The notes: generated from the letters alone by a model not told the origin. Numbered from the stretch's first letter, positions 42,755 through 59,350 are shown. The stretch is DNA of 64,000 nt from Paraspadella gotoi (GCA_051294375.1 CM119265.1:18400631-18464630); one strand, 5' to 3'. Translations and numbers: made by a program.

Positions 42755-42813
42755 GGCCGCCGCAGCAGCCGCAGCCGCAGCAGCCGCCGCCGCAGCAGCC
42801 GCCGCTGCCGCCG
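42755..42813. repeat. (GCC/GCA)n trinucleotide repeat
   Basis: Mixed gcc/gca triplets. Confidence 0.85.
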
Positions 42814-44478
42814 TTGTTGTTATGGTCGTTGTCATCGTTGATCTTAACTCAAACGCCGTAAATAATCTTCGTTGTCTTGACCCTATTTTTTTTTCCTGAT
42901 TTTTCGTGGATGATGTTGTCTACTTGTCTTTCACACCCTCTACCTTAATGACTTCTGCCATGTTTTGCTTTTTTTTCCTCGACCTTCCCTTTACTCAATG
43001 TTCCTCTCATTCTGACGCAACCAGCGAACCCATTTTTTTTGGGACGAAATCCGCCTTTTGACCTGGCGAGGTCACGAGTTCGATTCCTCGAATTCGACCA
43101 AAGTTCAAGATGACGTCTCGCGCGTTGGTTTGACGGATTTGCGAGGAGAGACGTTTCGGCGTTAACAGTTCCCTCTTGACATAAACCGTTGACGAAAACG
43201 AGTTGTGTAAACAAACACAAGGGAAAAAAATGGGCATCGATTTTTCATCTTTATCGACAAAAGTCTAGGATTTCGACGAACGTTAGTTGTAATATTTTAG
43301 TAACGATTTTTTTTTATCGGAAGTGTCCCCAGTCCCTTTTGTCTCAGTTTTAACTTCCCAGCAATGACAACAATTAAGGGTCATCGTTTAAAGTTCTGCG
43401 GATCGGAAATTCCCAACCTTGTTCTATGTGTTCCCCCCCTCGACTTCACCTTCTCCCCTCACCCTTCATGAAAAAAAGGTGCGTCTTCTCGTCAGGTTTT
43501 TCTTCGCTTTAGTTTAGACAAGTCCAGACTCGGCGGCGGACGAGAAGCGCGGTTCTCTCTCCTCTCTCTCTCTCATCTCTACTCTCTCTCTCCTCTCTCT
43601 CTCTCTTCTCTCTCTTCTCTACCTCTCCTCCTCTCTGCCTATAGATCATTATGTTGCATTTTTGCCCAGTTGCGCTTCACTGTTGCTCAAAAAACCAAGT
43701 ACCGGGTTTCAAGCATTAAATATCAGATAATTACATATTTAAAAGAAAATTTTAATTATTTTTCTTTATTAGTATACTGAAAAATAAAAAGAAATAATAG
43801 TTATTCTTTTTTTTCGTTACATGCTACGATTATGATTGTCATTACCACTTAATTACAGGTGTATGCAGATATTTTGATGCTGCTGTTTGCGGCTTCTTTT
43901 TCGTTGTACTATCTTTATATTACTATTACTATTACTATTACTTTTACATCGGTATCTAATACTAAGCTATTGAATATTCGATTCATAACTTCAATCACAA
44001 TTTATTAGGTTGGCACTTGATTTTACAGTTTATCGAAAACTTACTTGTTCACTCTCCCTGTCTCTCCACATTCAAATACAAATTTTCTTCATTTTTTTTA
44101 TGTTCTAAATATGAAACGAGTTGATTTCGTTTATTTCGTTCCCTCACAATAAACTAACCCTTCCTCGTCCGACCCTTCCCAACTCCACACTACCCTACCC
44201 TACCCTAACCAACCTCCCCTGCCCTATCCTTCCCTACCCTCTGCGAATCCCTGCCTTAAAACCAAAGAAATCTGCTCATCGTCATCGTTTCGCGTCATCC
44301 GCCGTCCAGGCTGCGGAGATGAAACTGATGAAATATCCATTCTCAGGTTTTTTCTTCTCTTTTGCCATCTCGATTAAAATCATCTATTCGTTATGGTGCG
44401 TGCTCTCTGACTCTAGAGTTTTCGATTGCGGTGGACGGAAGGCGCTGCTCTCTCTCTCTCTCTCTCTCTCTCCTTCTC

Positions 44479-44516
<38 letters not shown>

Positions 44517-45714
44517 CTCTCTCTTGCTCTCTCTCNNNNNNNNNNNNNNNNNNNNNNNNNNNNNNNNNNNNNNNNNNNNNNNNNNNNNNNNNNNNNNNNN
44601 NNNNNNNNNNNNNNNNNNNNNNNNNNNNNNNNNNNNNNNNNNNNNNNNNNNNCTCTCCCACAGCCACTCATCTCATTCCAACGGCGATATTATTTTTTTC
44701 TTTTATTTTTTAAAATATATTTTTCATCTTTTTTGTTGTGTGTTTTTGAGTGTGTGTGAATATGTGAGATGCGGAATAAATGAAGAGAAGCGAAAGAAAA
44801 AAGTAATAATAATAAAAGGAACAATGGCCTCCGTTGTTGTGTATCGATCCCCAAGAATCCAGTCTCCATCCTCTCTCTCTCTCTCTCTTTCTCTCTCTCT
44901 NNNNNNNNNNNNNNNNNNNNNNNNNNNNNNNNNNNNNNNNNNNNNNNNNNNNNNNNNNNNNNNNNNNNNNNNNNNNNNNNNNNNNNNNNNNNNNNNNNNN
45001 NNNNNNNNNNNNNNNNNNNNNNNNNNNTCTCTCTCTCTCTCTCGATATTAAACTAGCCTCGGATTAAAGAGAGGTGGTGGTCACGACTCCCTCTTTCGCA
45101 AAAATGATTCTTGAAACGTCATTTCCATCAAAACCAAATTATTTAGTTTTAATTATTGACTAACTAATAAATCATTGGAGTCGCTCCGTCGAAGGAAGTT
45201 CGTAACGACGCCAACAAAAGAGCATCGTCGGCGAATCTCTTTGTTTCTCTCTGTTTAATTAATTATTGTCATTGGACTTTTTGGAAATATTCCGTCTTCA
45301 CAAACGCCGAACGAAAACAAATATATTTTTACTGTGGGATAAGTATGCGACGCCATTTCTTTCATTTCTCTCTCTNNNNNNNNNNNNNNNNNNNNNNNNN
45401 NNNNNNNNNNNNNNNNNNNNNNNNNNNNNNNNNNNNNNNNNNNNNNNNNNNNNNNNNNNNNNNNNNNNNNNNNNNNNNNNNNNNNNNNNNNNNNNNNNNN
45501 NNNNNNNNNNNNNNNNNNNNNNNNNNNNNNNNNNNNNNNNNNNNNNNNNNNNNNNNNCGTCGCTTGATATGATTTATGAAATCCTGCGTTGTACATTGTT
45601 CTCTTGTTCAGACGACATTAATGATGACGTCGACGACAAAAACGACGACGACGACGACGATGTTGACGAAGAAAACGACAGCGACGACGGCAGTGGCCGA
45701 AGGAGGATTCGAGA

Positions 45715-45761
<47 letters not shown>

Positions 45762-47154
45762 AACTCTCTTTAGTCTCTAAAGTCAAAATTTTCGTATTAT
45801 AAAAAAACTGGGATCTCAAAATCGTTTTTTCATTTCGATTCGAAAATCTGTCTCAACATCCACTCGACTCTCGAGTGGTTGAGATACCGATGTCGCGGGA
45901 TCGAGAGAGAGNNNNNNNNNNNNNNNNNNNNNNNNNNNNNNNNNNNNNNNNNNNNNNNNNNNNNNNNNNNNNNNNNNNNNNNNNNNNNNNNNNNNNNNNN
46001 NNNNNNNNNNNNNNNNNNNNNNNNNNNNNNNNNNNNNNNNNNNNNNNNNNNNNNNNNNNNNNNNNNNNNNNNNNNNNNNNNNNNNNNNNNNNNNNNNNNN
46101 NNNNNAGGGGGGAGAGGAAGGGGGGAGGAGTGAAAAAAGAAAGGTTCCAGGTGGAGATTCGAACCTGGGAACCTCAGCTGACACTCATAGCGAAGAGCGA
46201 GACGAAAGATTAACGACTTTTTCGTCGAAAGAGATGAGCGGAGTTTCGCTTTTGAGAATTCGGAAGAGAAGAAAATCGATGCGGTTATATTTGCTCTTTT
46301 TTTTTTCTTTTTTTCTTTTTGGTTTTTTCTTTTTAGCTTTCTTTCTGTCTTTCTTTTCTGGTCCTTTATCTCGTTTTTTTTTTGCTATCTTTCTTTCTTC
46401 CTCATTTATATTTATTTCCTTTTATGTCTAGTTATGCTGTTTCTTTAAGATTCCACTCCCTCTCTCTCTCTCTCTTTCCCTCTCTCCCTCTCTCCCTCAC
46501 TCCCACACCTTCTTCCTCGCCCTCATCCTCTCACTCTTTCTTCCACCTAATCGTTCTCTCTTTCTTTTCCCCTCACTCTGTCTNNNNNNNNNNCCCAAAG
46601 ACCACACCTGCAGAGTCCGGAGTCTCTTGTCAAGATGACGAAATGTCGATCCTGTCGTCAGCGACGATCGCGACGAGGTGATGGTTGTTGTCGTTGTTGT
46701 TGTTGTGGTGGTCATCGTCATTATTGTTGTTGTTGTTATTGTTATTTTCGTCGTCGTAGTAGTAACTAATGAGTGAATTATTAATTTGTTCATCGAATAA
46801 AAAAACCGCTTCTGTTTTTAAACTCTAAGTAAAGTAATATCCGTAATAAAGAATTTTGATCTGCAGTCCAAAAATAATAATTCGTTGGTCAGTAAATTTT
46901 GGTGTTTATTAGCGACATTATTCGGATCAAGCTTATCTGAAGAACCGGAGCCTCCCTTTTTCATCAAAACCACCCTCGCATATACCTCTAACCACCCAGC
47001 GACCACCCCTTACGACCACCGACGCATCCACCACCATCACAAGCACCCTCTCGTCTCTGCCACTTCAAGCCGGCGCTCCTCTTTCCCGATCCACGACGCC
47101 ATTTAACTGCGTCAATTAAAAATTGACGATTCTCATTTTTATTCTCGCGGGTTT

Positions 47155-47268
<114 letters not shown>

Positions 47269-48691
47269 TTTAACGAAAACCTTTTCATCGATTCCCTTTT
47301 TAAAAAGTAATTTGAGGATTTAATTCACTCTACGTGCGTATGGGAAGTTGAGAGCCTGGTTAAACGAGAAACGGGTCGACAAGCGTTCTGCACGGTCACG
47401 CTTGGAAAAATGTTTAAATTAAATATTCGTTTGCATAGAGTAGTGCGATAATTGTTTTAATTTCTACAATGAGTTAAGGGTGTTTGTTCTTAAATATTCG
47501 TTTAAAAAAACAAGGTTATGACATTTTTTCTACTAATACCCAAGTTACGTTTTTAGTATTTAATAGTTTGCTTATATTTTGCTTGTTTTTTTTATTTTGC
47601 CAAGACCCGGACTCAGCTGGTAAAGAGGACTGGATGTTAAATACTTCGAATGAAGAAACAAAATGTCTTATTCGATTGAGATCGTCACAGTTGCGACATC
47701 TTAAAACTTATTTGGCATTAAAGAATTACTATCAAAATCTTATGGATAAAAAATGTTCGTTATAGGAATAGAAAAAGTCCATGTGGATGATTTTGAAAAA
47801 AGTTTCGATGATCAGTCGAAGATCGGGTGTGGAAAACTAAGTTGGCAGACGCGTCTGGAGATTCATTTCGAGAGGGTGACGTATCTGACTCCACGAGGGA
47901 GCGCCCCACCTCGACAAAGTTAACGTTCCTACGACTCTTGATCCAAAGATAGGTATTTCCGGAACCCGCGACTCATGCTACGTTCCGATAAAAGAAACAT
48001 TTTTATTAAAAAGCCATTTCTCGCTTTACTTTTTGTCGCCGGTCATCGTCGCCATTATCGTCTTCGCTCGACTTTAATTATCGTTTTCATCGTCAATTTT
48101 GAGGTCGTCGTCGTCGACGTCGTCGTCGTAGACCTTGTGGTCGTCGTCGTCGTCGTCGTCATCCGATCGGCGATTAACCGACGACGATGAAGATTGATGA
48201 ACTGCGATACCAGACAGACGGACACACGGACGGAGGGACATCGTCGATAACGAATCCTCTGAGAACGAAAAACCGGATCAGACGAGTTCGACTCGATCGA
48301 AAGGAGAGCTCCAGAACAGTTTCCCTTTTCTCTTTTTAATTTTTTGATTGAGAATTAAGCGCACGATTGCATAAACAATCGTGAGGATTGTCCCTTTGGA
48401 TGCGTCCAGGCATTTACGCCTGGCGTTTTGTGGTCGGTCGGTCGTTTTCAGCTTGAGCAATTGATTGGGACTAATGTTTTTATGGTGAATTATTCCAACT
48501 TTTTATGGTCGACTTGGATAATTTTTAAAAATTATAGTAATCAAAATATCAAAAGTTTACACCGCATCATGGCTAATTGGTTATATCTAGGCTTTTTTTT
48601 TTTTTTTTTACAGCCCGATTCCTAATGGATGTAGCGACGTCTAGATGACGAGATAAGAGAACAGAATTATTGCGCCAAGCCGTCTAGACCC

Positions 48692-49113
48692 ATGAAGCGA
48701 TGAAGCGATGGAGCGATGAAGCGATACAGCAATGGAGCGATGAAGGGATGGAGCGATGAAGCGATGAAGTGACGGAGCGATGGAGCGATGAAGCTATGGA
48801 GCGATGAAGCTATGGAGCGATGGAACGATGAAGCGATGGAGCGATATAGCGATGGAGCAGTGCAGCAATGGAGCGATGGAGTGATGCAGCAATGAAGCGA
48901 TGGAACGATGAAGCGATACAGCAATGGAGCGATGAAGGGATGGAGTGATGAAGCTATGGAGCGATGGAACGATGAAGCGATGTAGCGATATAGCGATGGA
49001 GCAGTGCAGCGATACAGCAATACAGAAATGAAGCGATGGAGCAATGAAGCAATGGAGCGATGGAGCGATGCTGCGATGCAGCAATGAAGCGATGAAGCAA
49101 TGAAGCGATGGAG
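48692..49113. repeat. Octamer satellite (GCGATGRA)n, about 50 units
   Basis: Tandem gcgatgga/gcgatgaa/gcaatgga units. Confidence 0.92.
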
Positions 49114-50178
49114 CCTGGTCGCTTCCGTCCCATTTTTTTTTCACTTTCGTTCAAGATTTTATAACATTAATTTTGCCTCATTTTTTTTAGACTTTGACGC
49201 GGTGGAACGTCGGACACGCCCAGCGAAACCGAGCTTCTTTGTTTCGACGGGAAAATCGCTCTACGGTCGAGAGGTTGATTGATTGCTCCTTTCAAGCTAA
49301 TTCTCTCTCGATCTTTTTTTCATAATTTTGATTAAATAAAAATTTGCTAGGTCAGATTTTCATCATAAGAGCATCGAGCGGATGTCTATTCTTTATTCTT
49401 AGTAGCAATCCGGCATCAATCAATAATCATTATGCTGGTTTCGTTTAAAGTCATCAGCTATCAAGAGTGAAAATGTAAATTGCTCTCATCCTCTTGGACC
49501 AAATCAATCAGATTCCTTTTTAATTCCTCTTTGTCAGAAATGGCTTCCACTTCTTTCGATGCTTCAACGATTGACCGTCTTCAATCGCCGTTGGCGCCGC
49601 GGCGCCTTCCTCGAAAACCGCGCCGATCGATCGATNNNNNNNNNNNNNNNNNNNNNNNNNNNNNNNNNNNNNNNNNNNNNNNNNNNNNNNNNNNNNNNNN
49701 NNNNNNNNNNNNNNNNNNNNNNNNNNNNNNNNNNNNNNNNNNNNNNNNNNNNNNNNNNNNNNNNNNNNNNNNNNNNNNNNNNNNNNNNNNNNNNNNNNNN
49801 NNNNNNNNNNNNNNNNNNNNNNNNNNNNNNNNNNNNNNNNNNNNNNNNNNNNNNNNNNNNNNNNNNNNNNNNNNNNNNNNNNNNNNNNNNNNNNNNNNNN
49901 NNNNNNNNNNNNNNNNNNNNNNNNNNNNNNNNNNNNNNNNNNNNNNNNNNNNNNNNNNNNNNNNNNNNNNNCTCAGGGGGTCCCGACACGAACCCCACAC
50001 AAACCGAAGACAAAGATCAAAATTCTTGATAAAAATCAATGAATACAAGTTTTAAGTTAGAAGGAAAACGCGTTGATTAATTATCGACGACATGTTCACG
50101 GTTATTAACTATCTTTGCAACTCTCATGTAAGCTTTTTTTCAATCTTTCTTTTTTTTCATATTTATTTTTTGCGTTTT

Positions 50179-50250
<72 letters not shown>

Positions 50251-50629
50251 TTTTTTCTATCTTTCTTTTTTATCTTTCTTTCTTTCTCTCTTTCTTTCTC
50301 TCTTTCTTTCTTTTTGTCTCTCTCTCTCTCTCCCTTTCTCAACAGCCTCATTAGTCTCCCGCCGAAAAAAAAGAGACGAGAGACGGCGAGAAAAGAGACA
50401 AAGGACAAGAAAAAACGCGACAAGGAGACAACAAAAGGACAACAAAGGGACAAAGCGCGACCCGGGCGCCGCCTTTGACGTCCGACACAAAAGAAGACGA
50501 AGCGACTCTTAGTTTTTCTCTTCTTTTTTTTTTTCGTCCGCAAAAAGAGAAAAAAAAATTTGGGTCGAGATTCGAAAATCGAGATCGATTCATCACGAGG
50601 TGAGGTTTCCATCCCCGTCGTCGTCGTCG

Positions 50630-50670
<41 letters not shown>

Positions 50671-52473
50671 CTTAACGCGGTCGATATCTTCGGAGAAGTA
50701 TTTTTCTTTAACCCCTTTACTGTCATCTTTTTCATGTTTGTGGTTTGAGACGCTGCATTATAAATAGATGTACATTTTTGTTAATCCTTTGACATGAATG
50801 ATGTTAAATTCCGAACTAACGCATGTGGTCGGAGTCCATTATAATTTTTATATTGTCGTCGTCGTCGTCGTCGTCGTCGTCGTCTTCTTCCTTCTTTCAA
50901 TCGTCTTCCTCGTCCCGTCTATTTATCAATGTCGTTGTCTTCGTTGTCGTTTTGGTTAAAAACGTCAACGCCGTTTTCAACATCGTTGTCATCGTCGTCG
51001 TCGTCGTCGTCGTCGTCGTCAACGCTTAGGTAAGTTGATCATTTAGTCGGACAAATCGATTCTCTGTCCAAAGCCGCGGGGACGCTTTAGGCATTTTTAA
51101 CGTTATAGTTTTGAGAATACCTCAGCATTGTAACGGATAAAGGTAGCGGAATTAGTGACACAAGGGATCACTGATAATGAATCCATTCTGCAGCTAATTT
51201 CTTATTTTTTTTTTTTTACGGTTGGAAGAACGAAAAAATTTGGATTTTCACTCACGGACAGGTTTTCCTTGTTATCATTTTCTTCAAGAAAACTAAATAT
51301 CCTTTTTAACATTTAATGCGTCAGAGAATAAATTTTCGATAAGGAATGAATATATAACATCGTCAACAGATGTGTTTTTGAGAAACAAATAAATTTGGGA
51401 AAGCTTTTCCAATATTCAGGTTTATACAATATGCAAGAACTATATATTTTCACCGGGAAAATCTCTCTCTCTCTCTCTCTCTCTCTCCACATTCGAATCG
51501 GTTGAGATTTACACAAGAATCGCGCGATCAAACAAAATTCCACGGTGGAGGTCAGGAAAAAAAAAGAGCAAAATAATTTGAAAGAAAAGACCGACACTCT
51601 GGATTGGCTGAGACAATTCCGAGGCGTTGATTGGCCGAAAAATTCGACCAATCGCCTTTCACCTTCTCTTTCTTTTTGTTCTCAACTTGGAACTTTCAAT
51701 CTTTATCCTACCCCTTGCAACTTCCCAAGCCCAAGGGGGTAGATGATCGATCGGGGGGGTAAGATTGGGGCCGAGGCTAAGATCGAAAGTGAAGAATGCA
51801 TCTTCTCATTTTCTTATTTCACGTCTGTTTGCGTACATATGAAGTCGAGAAGATGATGACTTTTTTTTCGAGTCGGAAAGTGGCAGGGGGTGCGGGGGGA
51901 GGGGGTTTGGGGGAGTGTTGGAATACGACTACGATGCCTTCGAGGGTGGCACAAACCGTCATCGCGATAAGGGTGACAACGACGATTAAAATTGAGTTAA
52001 AAGAACTGACGACGACGATGACAGCGACGAATCCTAAAGGTAACGACAGCGAATATAAAAACTATGAGGTTACCATGACAATGACGACGACAACAATGAA
52101 CATTACTATATATGACGGCAGCGATGACAACGACGAGTACGACGACGAAGACGACGACGATCAATTGAGCTGCCTTTGATCCCAAGTGATTTGACGTTGG
52201 ACAAACAGGATTAACTCCAGATAACGAGTGGCTCACTCTCTTTTTATTTTCATTTTCGCGATTTTTTTTTTCTTCCGACAGGAAAACGAAAAGGTATTCC
52301 AACCTTTAAAGAGAAAAAAAAAAGAAAAGAGGCGAGAATTTTATTTTGTTTTATTCTTTTACTTTTTTTTTTTTTTGGTGATAAAAAGGATTCGGCCCAA
52401 AATGAGATACAAAAATAAACGTCGGAGAAAAAGAAAAATTTGGAAGGAAACGTGAATTGGCGAGAACGTTCTT

Positions 52474-52532
<59 letters not shown>

Positions 52533-53832
52533 TCACCCCCCCGCGAGGAAGTCGTTGGTTCGTCTCTAACTCGTTTAAAAAGAGTTTTCTCTCTAACGAA
52601 GTAGATTGTTATCGCTGGACTATTAATTAAAAAACACTTGGGTCGCGAAGTCAGCTCTTTTATGTCGTTTAAATCTTTGGCTGGAGAGAAACTGAAAAAC
52701 GTTTAATTTAAAAAAAACCCATTTCCACAAGTCTATTGACTATAAAACATTAAAAGATTTTTCTTCCCCCGGAAGAGATTAATTTTGAAGCGGGATACTA
52801 TAATTAGCATTACTATTCTTTTTACTATTACTTTTTTTTTCGCCCTATAACACGGCATGATAGCTTAAGTCGGCTTTAAAAAAAAACATAAAAGTAAATG
52901 CATGAATAAAAACTAACCTCTCTTTCCCCTTTCAAAATATGTTCCTTGGCGAACAAAGTCTTTCTTCACTCTTTCAAAAGCTCACGAATAATTTTTTTTT
53001 ACTTGTAAAATGTAAAATGTATTCGTCTGCTCGTTCAAGTTCTTCATTCTCGTTTTGGCGACGCTGGTTGTGAAGGGCGGAGATGGAGGGAGGGAAAGTG
53101 GGGGTGGAAGGGGGGGTGGAAGGGGGTGGATGGGGGGGGCCAGTCGAGGAGAAATGAAATGGAGGCGGTTTTATGGCGTAACGACGTGACGCATTTAAAG
53201 AGTTTTCAAAAAAAAGGTGATGCTGAAAAAATTGGCACAAAGATAGGCCAACTTTCAGTTGGCGATTGGTTTTAAGCAGAGATCCACAATTTCCAGAACA
53301 CTTATTACGTTGTCGGCTACACACAAACACACACACACAAAAATGTTAACTTTGCTAATTTCCACAGAAACGAATGTCGAGGTCGTCGTAATTTTTCCCG
53401 CGGCATTTCTTAAATTTTTCGCTGGCGTTTACGGTAATGGCAAAAAAAAATCCTTGGTCTAAGAATTTAGAGGTACAGTTAAATCCCGATTAAGCGAATT
53501 AGAGGATTAGAAGAGAGAAGGAAAAAAAGAGACATTTGTATGTTAATTTCGCGAAACATTTAGCTTTTACACTTGGAATCGTTTTAATCTAGTTCATTAC
53601 GCATGCAAAAAAAACCAAAAAAAAACCACTGCGCACGCAGGAATTTACACGCACTTCGCACGTGGCGTGTTCACTAACGAAGCGCAAAAAACTCGTAGGA
53701 AAAAAAAACGCGCTCGCCCACACGCGGAATCGGAAATCTCCACGCCACCCCGAGTCTGGACGAACGCATCATCCTTAAAAAACACTCTCGAGGAAAAAGG
53801 AGAGGGAGAGGGAACGAGAGATAGAGAGAGAG

Positions 53833-53899
<67 letters not shown>

Positions 53900-54010
53900 A
53901 ATCAGGAAGAGAAGAACGCACAGACGGAATTCACCCACGCGCGCTTTGGCCAAAGAGTAGCTTTCCCGCCTTGTAATTGTCAAAAACGTTTTAGCATCTC
54001 TCTCTATCTT

Positions 54011-54062
<52 letters not shown>

Positions 54063-55493
54063 TCTTCTGTTTTTTATTTTGTCAGTTTTCTTTCTCTACT
54101 TTCTCACTTTCCTCTCCTTCTCACTCTCTTTCGATTTTAGAGGCCCGCTCCGGTCGAAGGGAAAAGCCTCGTTCCAAACAATTTAAGGAAGGTCACTTTC
54201 ACGCGAATTTTCAGGGTTGGCCGCCCGCGGTACCGCCACCTCTAACAACAACGCCGCCGCCCATGCAACCGCTTCTGCCGAAACGCCACCGCCGCAGCTG
54301 TTAGCACCACCTAATTGACGTTCCTACCGCTTCGGCCATTCTGACCAATCACGACACTCCTTTCCCGTATCTCCACATTTTTCCTAATACTTTTTCCCGC
54401 CAAACGCATTTAATGATGCCCTTAAATGCGCCCCATTGCCTTCAACCTTTTCCTTCTCTTTCACCGCTGACGATAGCGCAACCGCCAACGCTCACAGGTC
54501 CGCCACTACCGGCTTTACTATCGTCGTTACCCTTCACTCCCGCAAACAAAAAATGCTCCCACCTTTTGAAATACCAACGAGCCGCCACCCAATCCACCAA
54601 CCGATTTGAGAGAGAGGGACGCGTTTCATTAAGGAGACTTCGATCTTCATTTTCTCTCTTTGTGACGAGGAACCTCAACAGCAGCAACAGCAGTCAACAG
54701 CAACTGCGCGACGACATCGGCGAAGTTGGAAATGACAACGACCATATCGACCCCATCGGTGACAGTGACAAAGTTACAAAAGCAGTTCGAACAACAAAGA
54801 CGATGACAATGACATTTTACCATCCGAAAAAAAAAAACAATATCAGCAATAAGCTTGACAGAGAATAACGGTAACTAAGTTGACAACTATGACGACGACG
54901 GTGACAAGGACGACGACGACGACGACGACGATATCGACGACGAAAACCCGGGTTTTCAAAAAAAACGTAGAAAATCGTTTTTAAACGATCCGCCTCGTTT
55001 TTCTCCGATTGTGTTTCCGCTAAAAATTCGAGACGGAATTTCACGGGGAATTAAGCCCCGGGATGAATTTTTTTCGATGTGAGGTTGTTTCAAGTTTTTT
55101 TTTTCCCCCTGACGATTTTTTTTTGTTTTTTGTTTTATATTTTGTTTTGAAAAAAAAAAAAGAGTTGCGTCGACTAAGCGATTAGAACGGAATTGAGAAA
55201 GCTCCCTCATCCTCAGACCCAAGTCTATTTTAACGCCTCCTCGCTAGTTGGATCGTTGAAGAGAGAAAAAAAAAAAGTAATAAAATTGAAAAAAGATGTT
55301 ATTATCTAGAAAATTTAAAAAGTAGTAAAACGGAACATCATTGTTGTTTTTTTTTTTTTTATTGAGTCGACGCCGACAAAGCCGACAAAGCCGCCAACGC
55401 CGTCGCCGACGCCCCCACCGTCTCCAGCCGACACTATTCTCTTTCATCTCCGGCGCCCATCACGGTCGTGACCTTCATCGCCCAAAGTGAGAA

Positions 55494-57736
<2,243 letters not shown>

Positions 57737-58088
57737 CTGTAATTTTTGGCAGTCCGAACGATCGATATAGACTTTTAAGGCAACTTAGTCTGGTGTTATT
57801 ATTGTCATTACATTCTCATACGGGGCTCCGTGAAAATCAATGTCAAAATGTTTTAAATTTGGCTAAATTGTCCCTTGACCTTTTCATGTACTTTGGACCA
57901 AAGTTTGGTTGTTTTTTGTTAATGAGAAAATAAAATAAAAAGACGACTTAAGAAAGTTTGTACTCATACTAAATGTTTTTTTAAAAACGTAATTATGGAT
58001 TTATAATTCTGCCCTCATAAAATTTAAATACAATTATCCAATAATTTAATAATCATTTATGCAATTTTCGGCCATATAGTAGGAAATA

Positions 58089-58346
58089 TTACACTAAAAG
58101 GAGCAAATCACACAACCAATCAGAACGTTTCCTCACCAGTCTCAACCAATTGTCGACCGTCGTTTGTTCGTCGCTCGTCATTTCGCCGTAGACTTCTCGC
58201 CGAAAGGTGGCGCCGATGACGACGCCGTACAGAGGCCAGACGACGAACCAGGGAAGCCCAGCGCCGGCGTTGGCTTGAAGGGCGTGTTCGAAGAAGCCAT
58301 GGGGCGCCGCAGTCAGGCAAGACTCGCCCCCTAGCGAGTGGAACAT
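58089..58346 (-). CDS. GC-rich ORF/candidate exon upstream of the OMA1-like gene, unknown product
   Basis: Non-repetitive GC-rich island with a protein-like ORF (MFHSLGG...GLPWFVVWPLYGVVIG...) and a good donor CTG|gtgagg near 58136; its phase does not match the 57736 acceptor. Confidence 0.35.
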   Translation of the reverse strand: MFHSLGGESCLTAAPHGFFEHALQANAGAGLPWFVVWPLYGVVIGATFRREVYGEMTSDEQTTVDNWLRLVRKRSDWLCDLLLLV

Positions 58347-58616
58347 GACATTCGCGGGGAGGAGGCGAAATTATATTTCGTTCTGCGATCGACATTTTAA
58401 GTGAAGAATTATGCGCATTTTGAAATTTGAAGAAACGGCGACTGTAAGAAAGAGATTTATTCAAGCACCAGAGTCAATCTTTCTTCAGCGAATTTTCGAG
58501 CTGAGAAAAGGCAAGAAATTTGGCAAAAGCTTAACTAAATTTTGCTTTGCTTAATTTCGCCCAAAAAGAAAATTGAAAAAATATAATTAGGTTCCAATCT
58601 ACAAAATCACATAATT

Positions 58617-58729
58617 TTGTAATAGTGATGGAGGCCTTAAACCACCAAAGCCTGTCCAAAGTCATGGACAAGATAGCTTATTTATTAAACGAAAGGATAA
58701 TTTTTATTTTGGTTGTACCAATTTCATAA
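58617..58729 (+). repeat. Dispersed repeat, copy 2
   Basis: Same orientation and colinear with 24662-24774. Confidence 0.85.
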
Positions 58730-58889
58730 TAAAAATTTCTTATTTGATTCGTTTAGGCGAAAAAAAAACATGCAAAAAGGCGTCTGTTTTAGAAAGTAAA
58801 AGCGGAACGAGCAGTAATTCCAGTATTTATGGTGTAATAATAAAATGGCGCCGGCGGTAAAAAGCAGTTTGGAGGCTTAAATGGTTTAC

Positions 58890-58930
58890 AAGGGATTTTC
58901 TTCGGTATCAGCACCCAGGGACGCGCTCAT
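58890..58930 (-). CDS. Candidate first coding exon of the OMA1-like gene
   Basis: gca ATG AGC GCG ... (MSASLGADTEENP) ends TT|gtaaac, a phase-2 donor compatible with the phase-2 acceptor at 57736/57733; no homology support. Confidence 0.25.
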
Positions 58931-58951
58931 TGCCGGCTGTGCATTGGTGCG

Positions 58952-58982
<31 letters not shown>

Positions 58983-59295
58983 CTTACTGACGCAGAGGAC
59001 GATGAGGAGAGAGAGGAGAGAGAGAGGCATAGAGAGAGGAGATGACTGAGCAGAGAGGAGCAGAAGAAGGGAGTAGATGCACGGAGAGAGAGAGACGGAG
59101 GAGAAGGGAGAGGAGAGAGAGAATGATTTCCTCCCACAATTCAAATTTAACTGACGCGTGAGCTAATTAATCCTTTGTACGGAAGTTTTCGATTTTAATC
59201 GAAAAATACGAGTTGAATGAGAAACTGTTGATTCAACAGTGTTTTTTGTTCGTACCGTTCGAAGTGGTCGTCTTCGTCGTCGAACTTATCCATCT

Positions 59296-59350
59296 TGTCC
59301 AATGCCCAATGTCCATTGTCCATTGTCCAATGTCAAATGTCCTTTGTCCC
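59296..59350. repeat. Heptamer tandem repeat (TGTCCAW)n, about 8 units
   Basis: tgtccaa tgcccaa tgtccat tgtccat tgtccaa tgtcaaa tgtcctt. Confidence 0.8.

Noticed and set aside
44150-44240. Interstitial telomere-like repeat
   Set aside because: Degenerate (CCCTA)n pentamer with only isolated CCCTAA/CTAACC matches.
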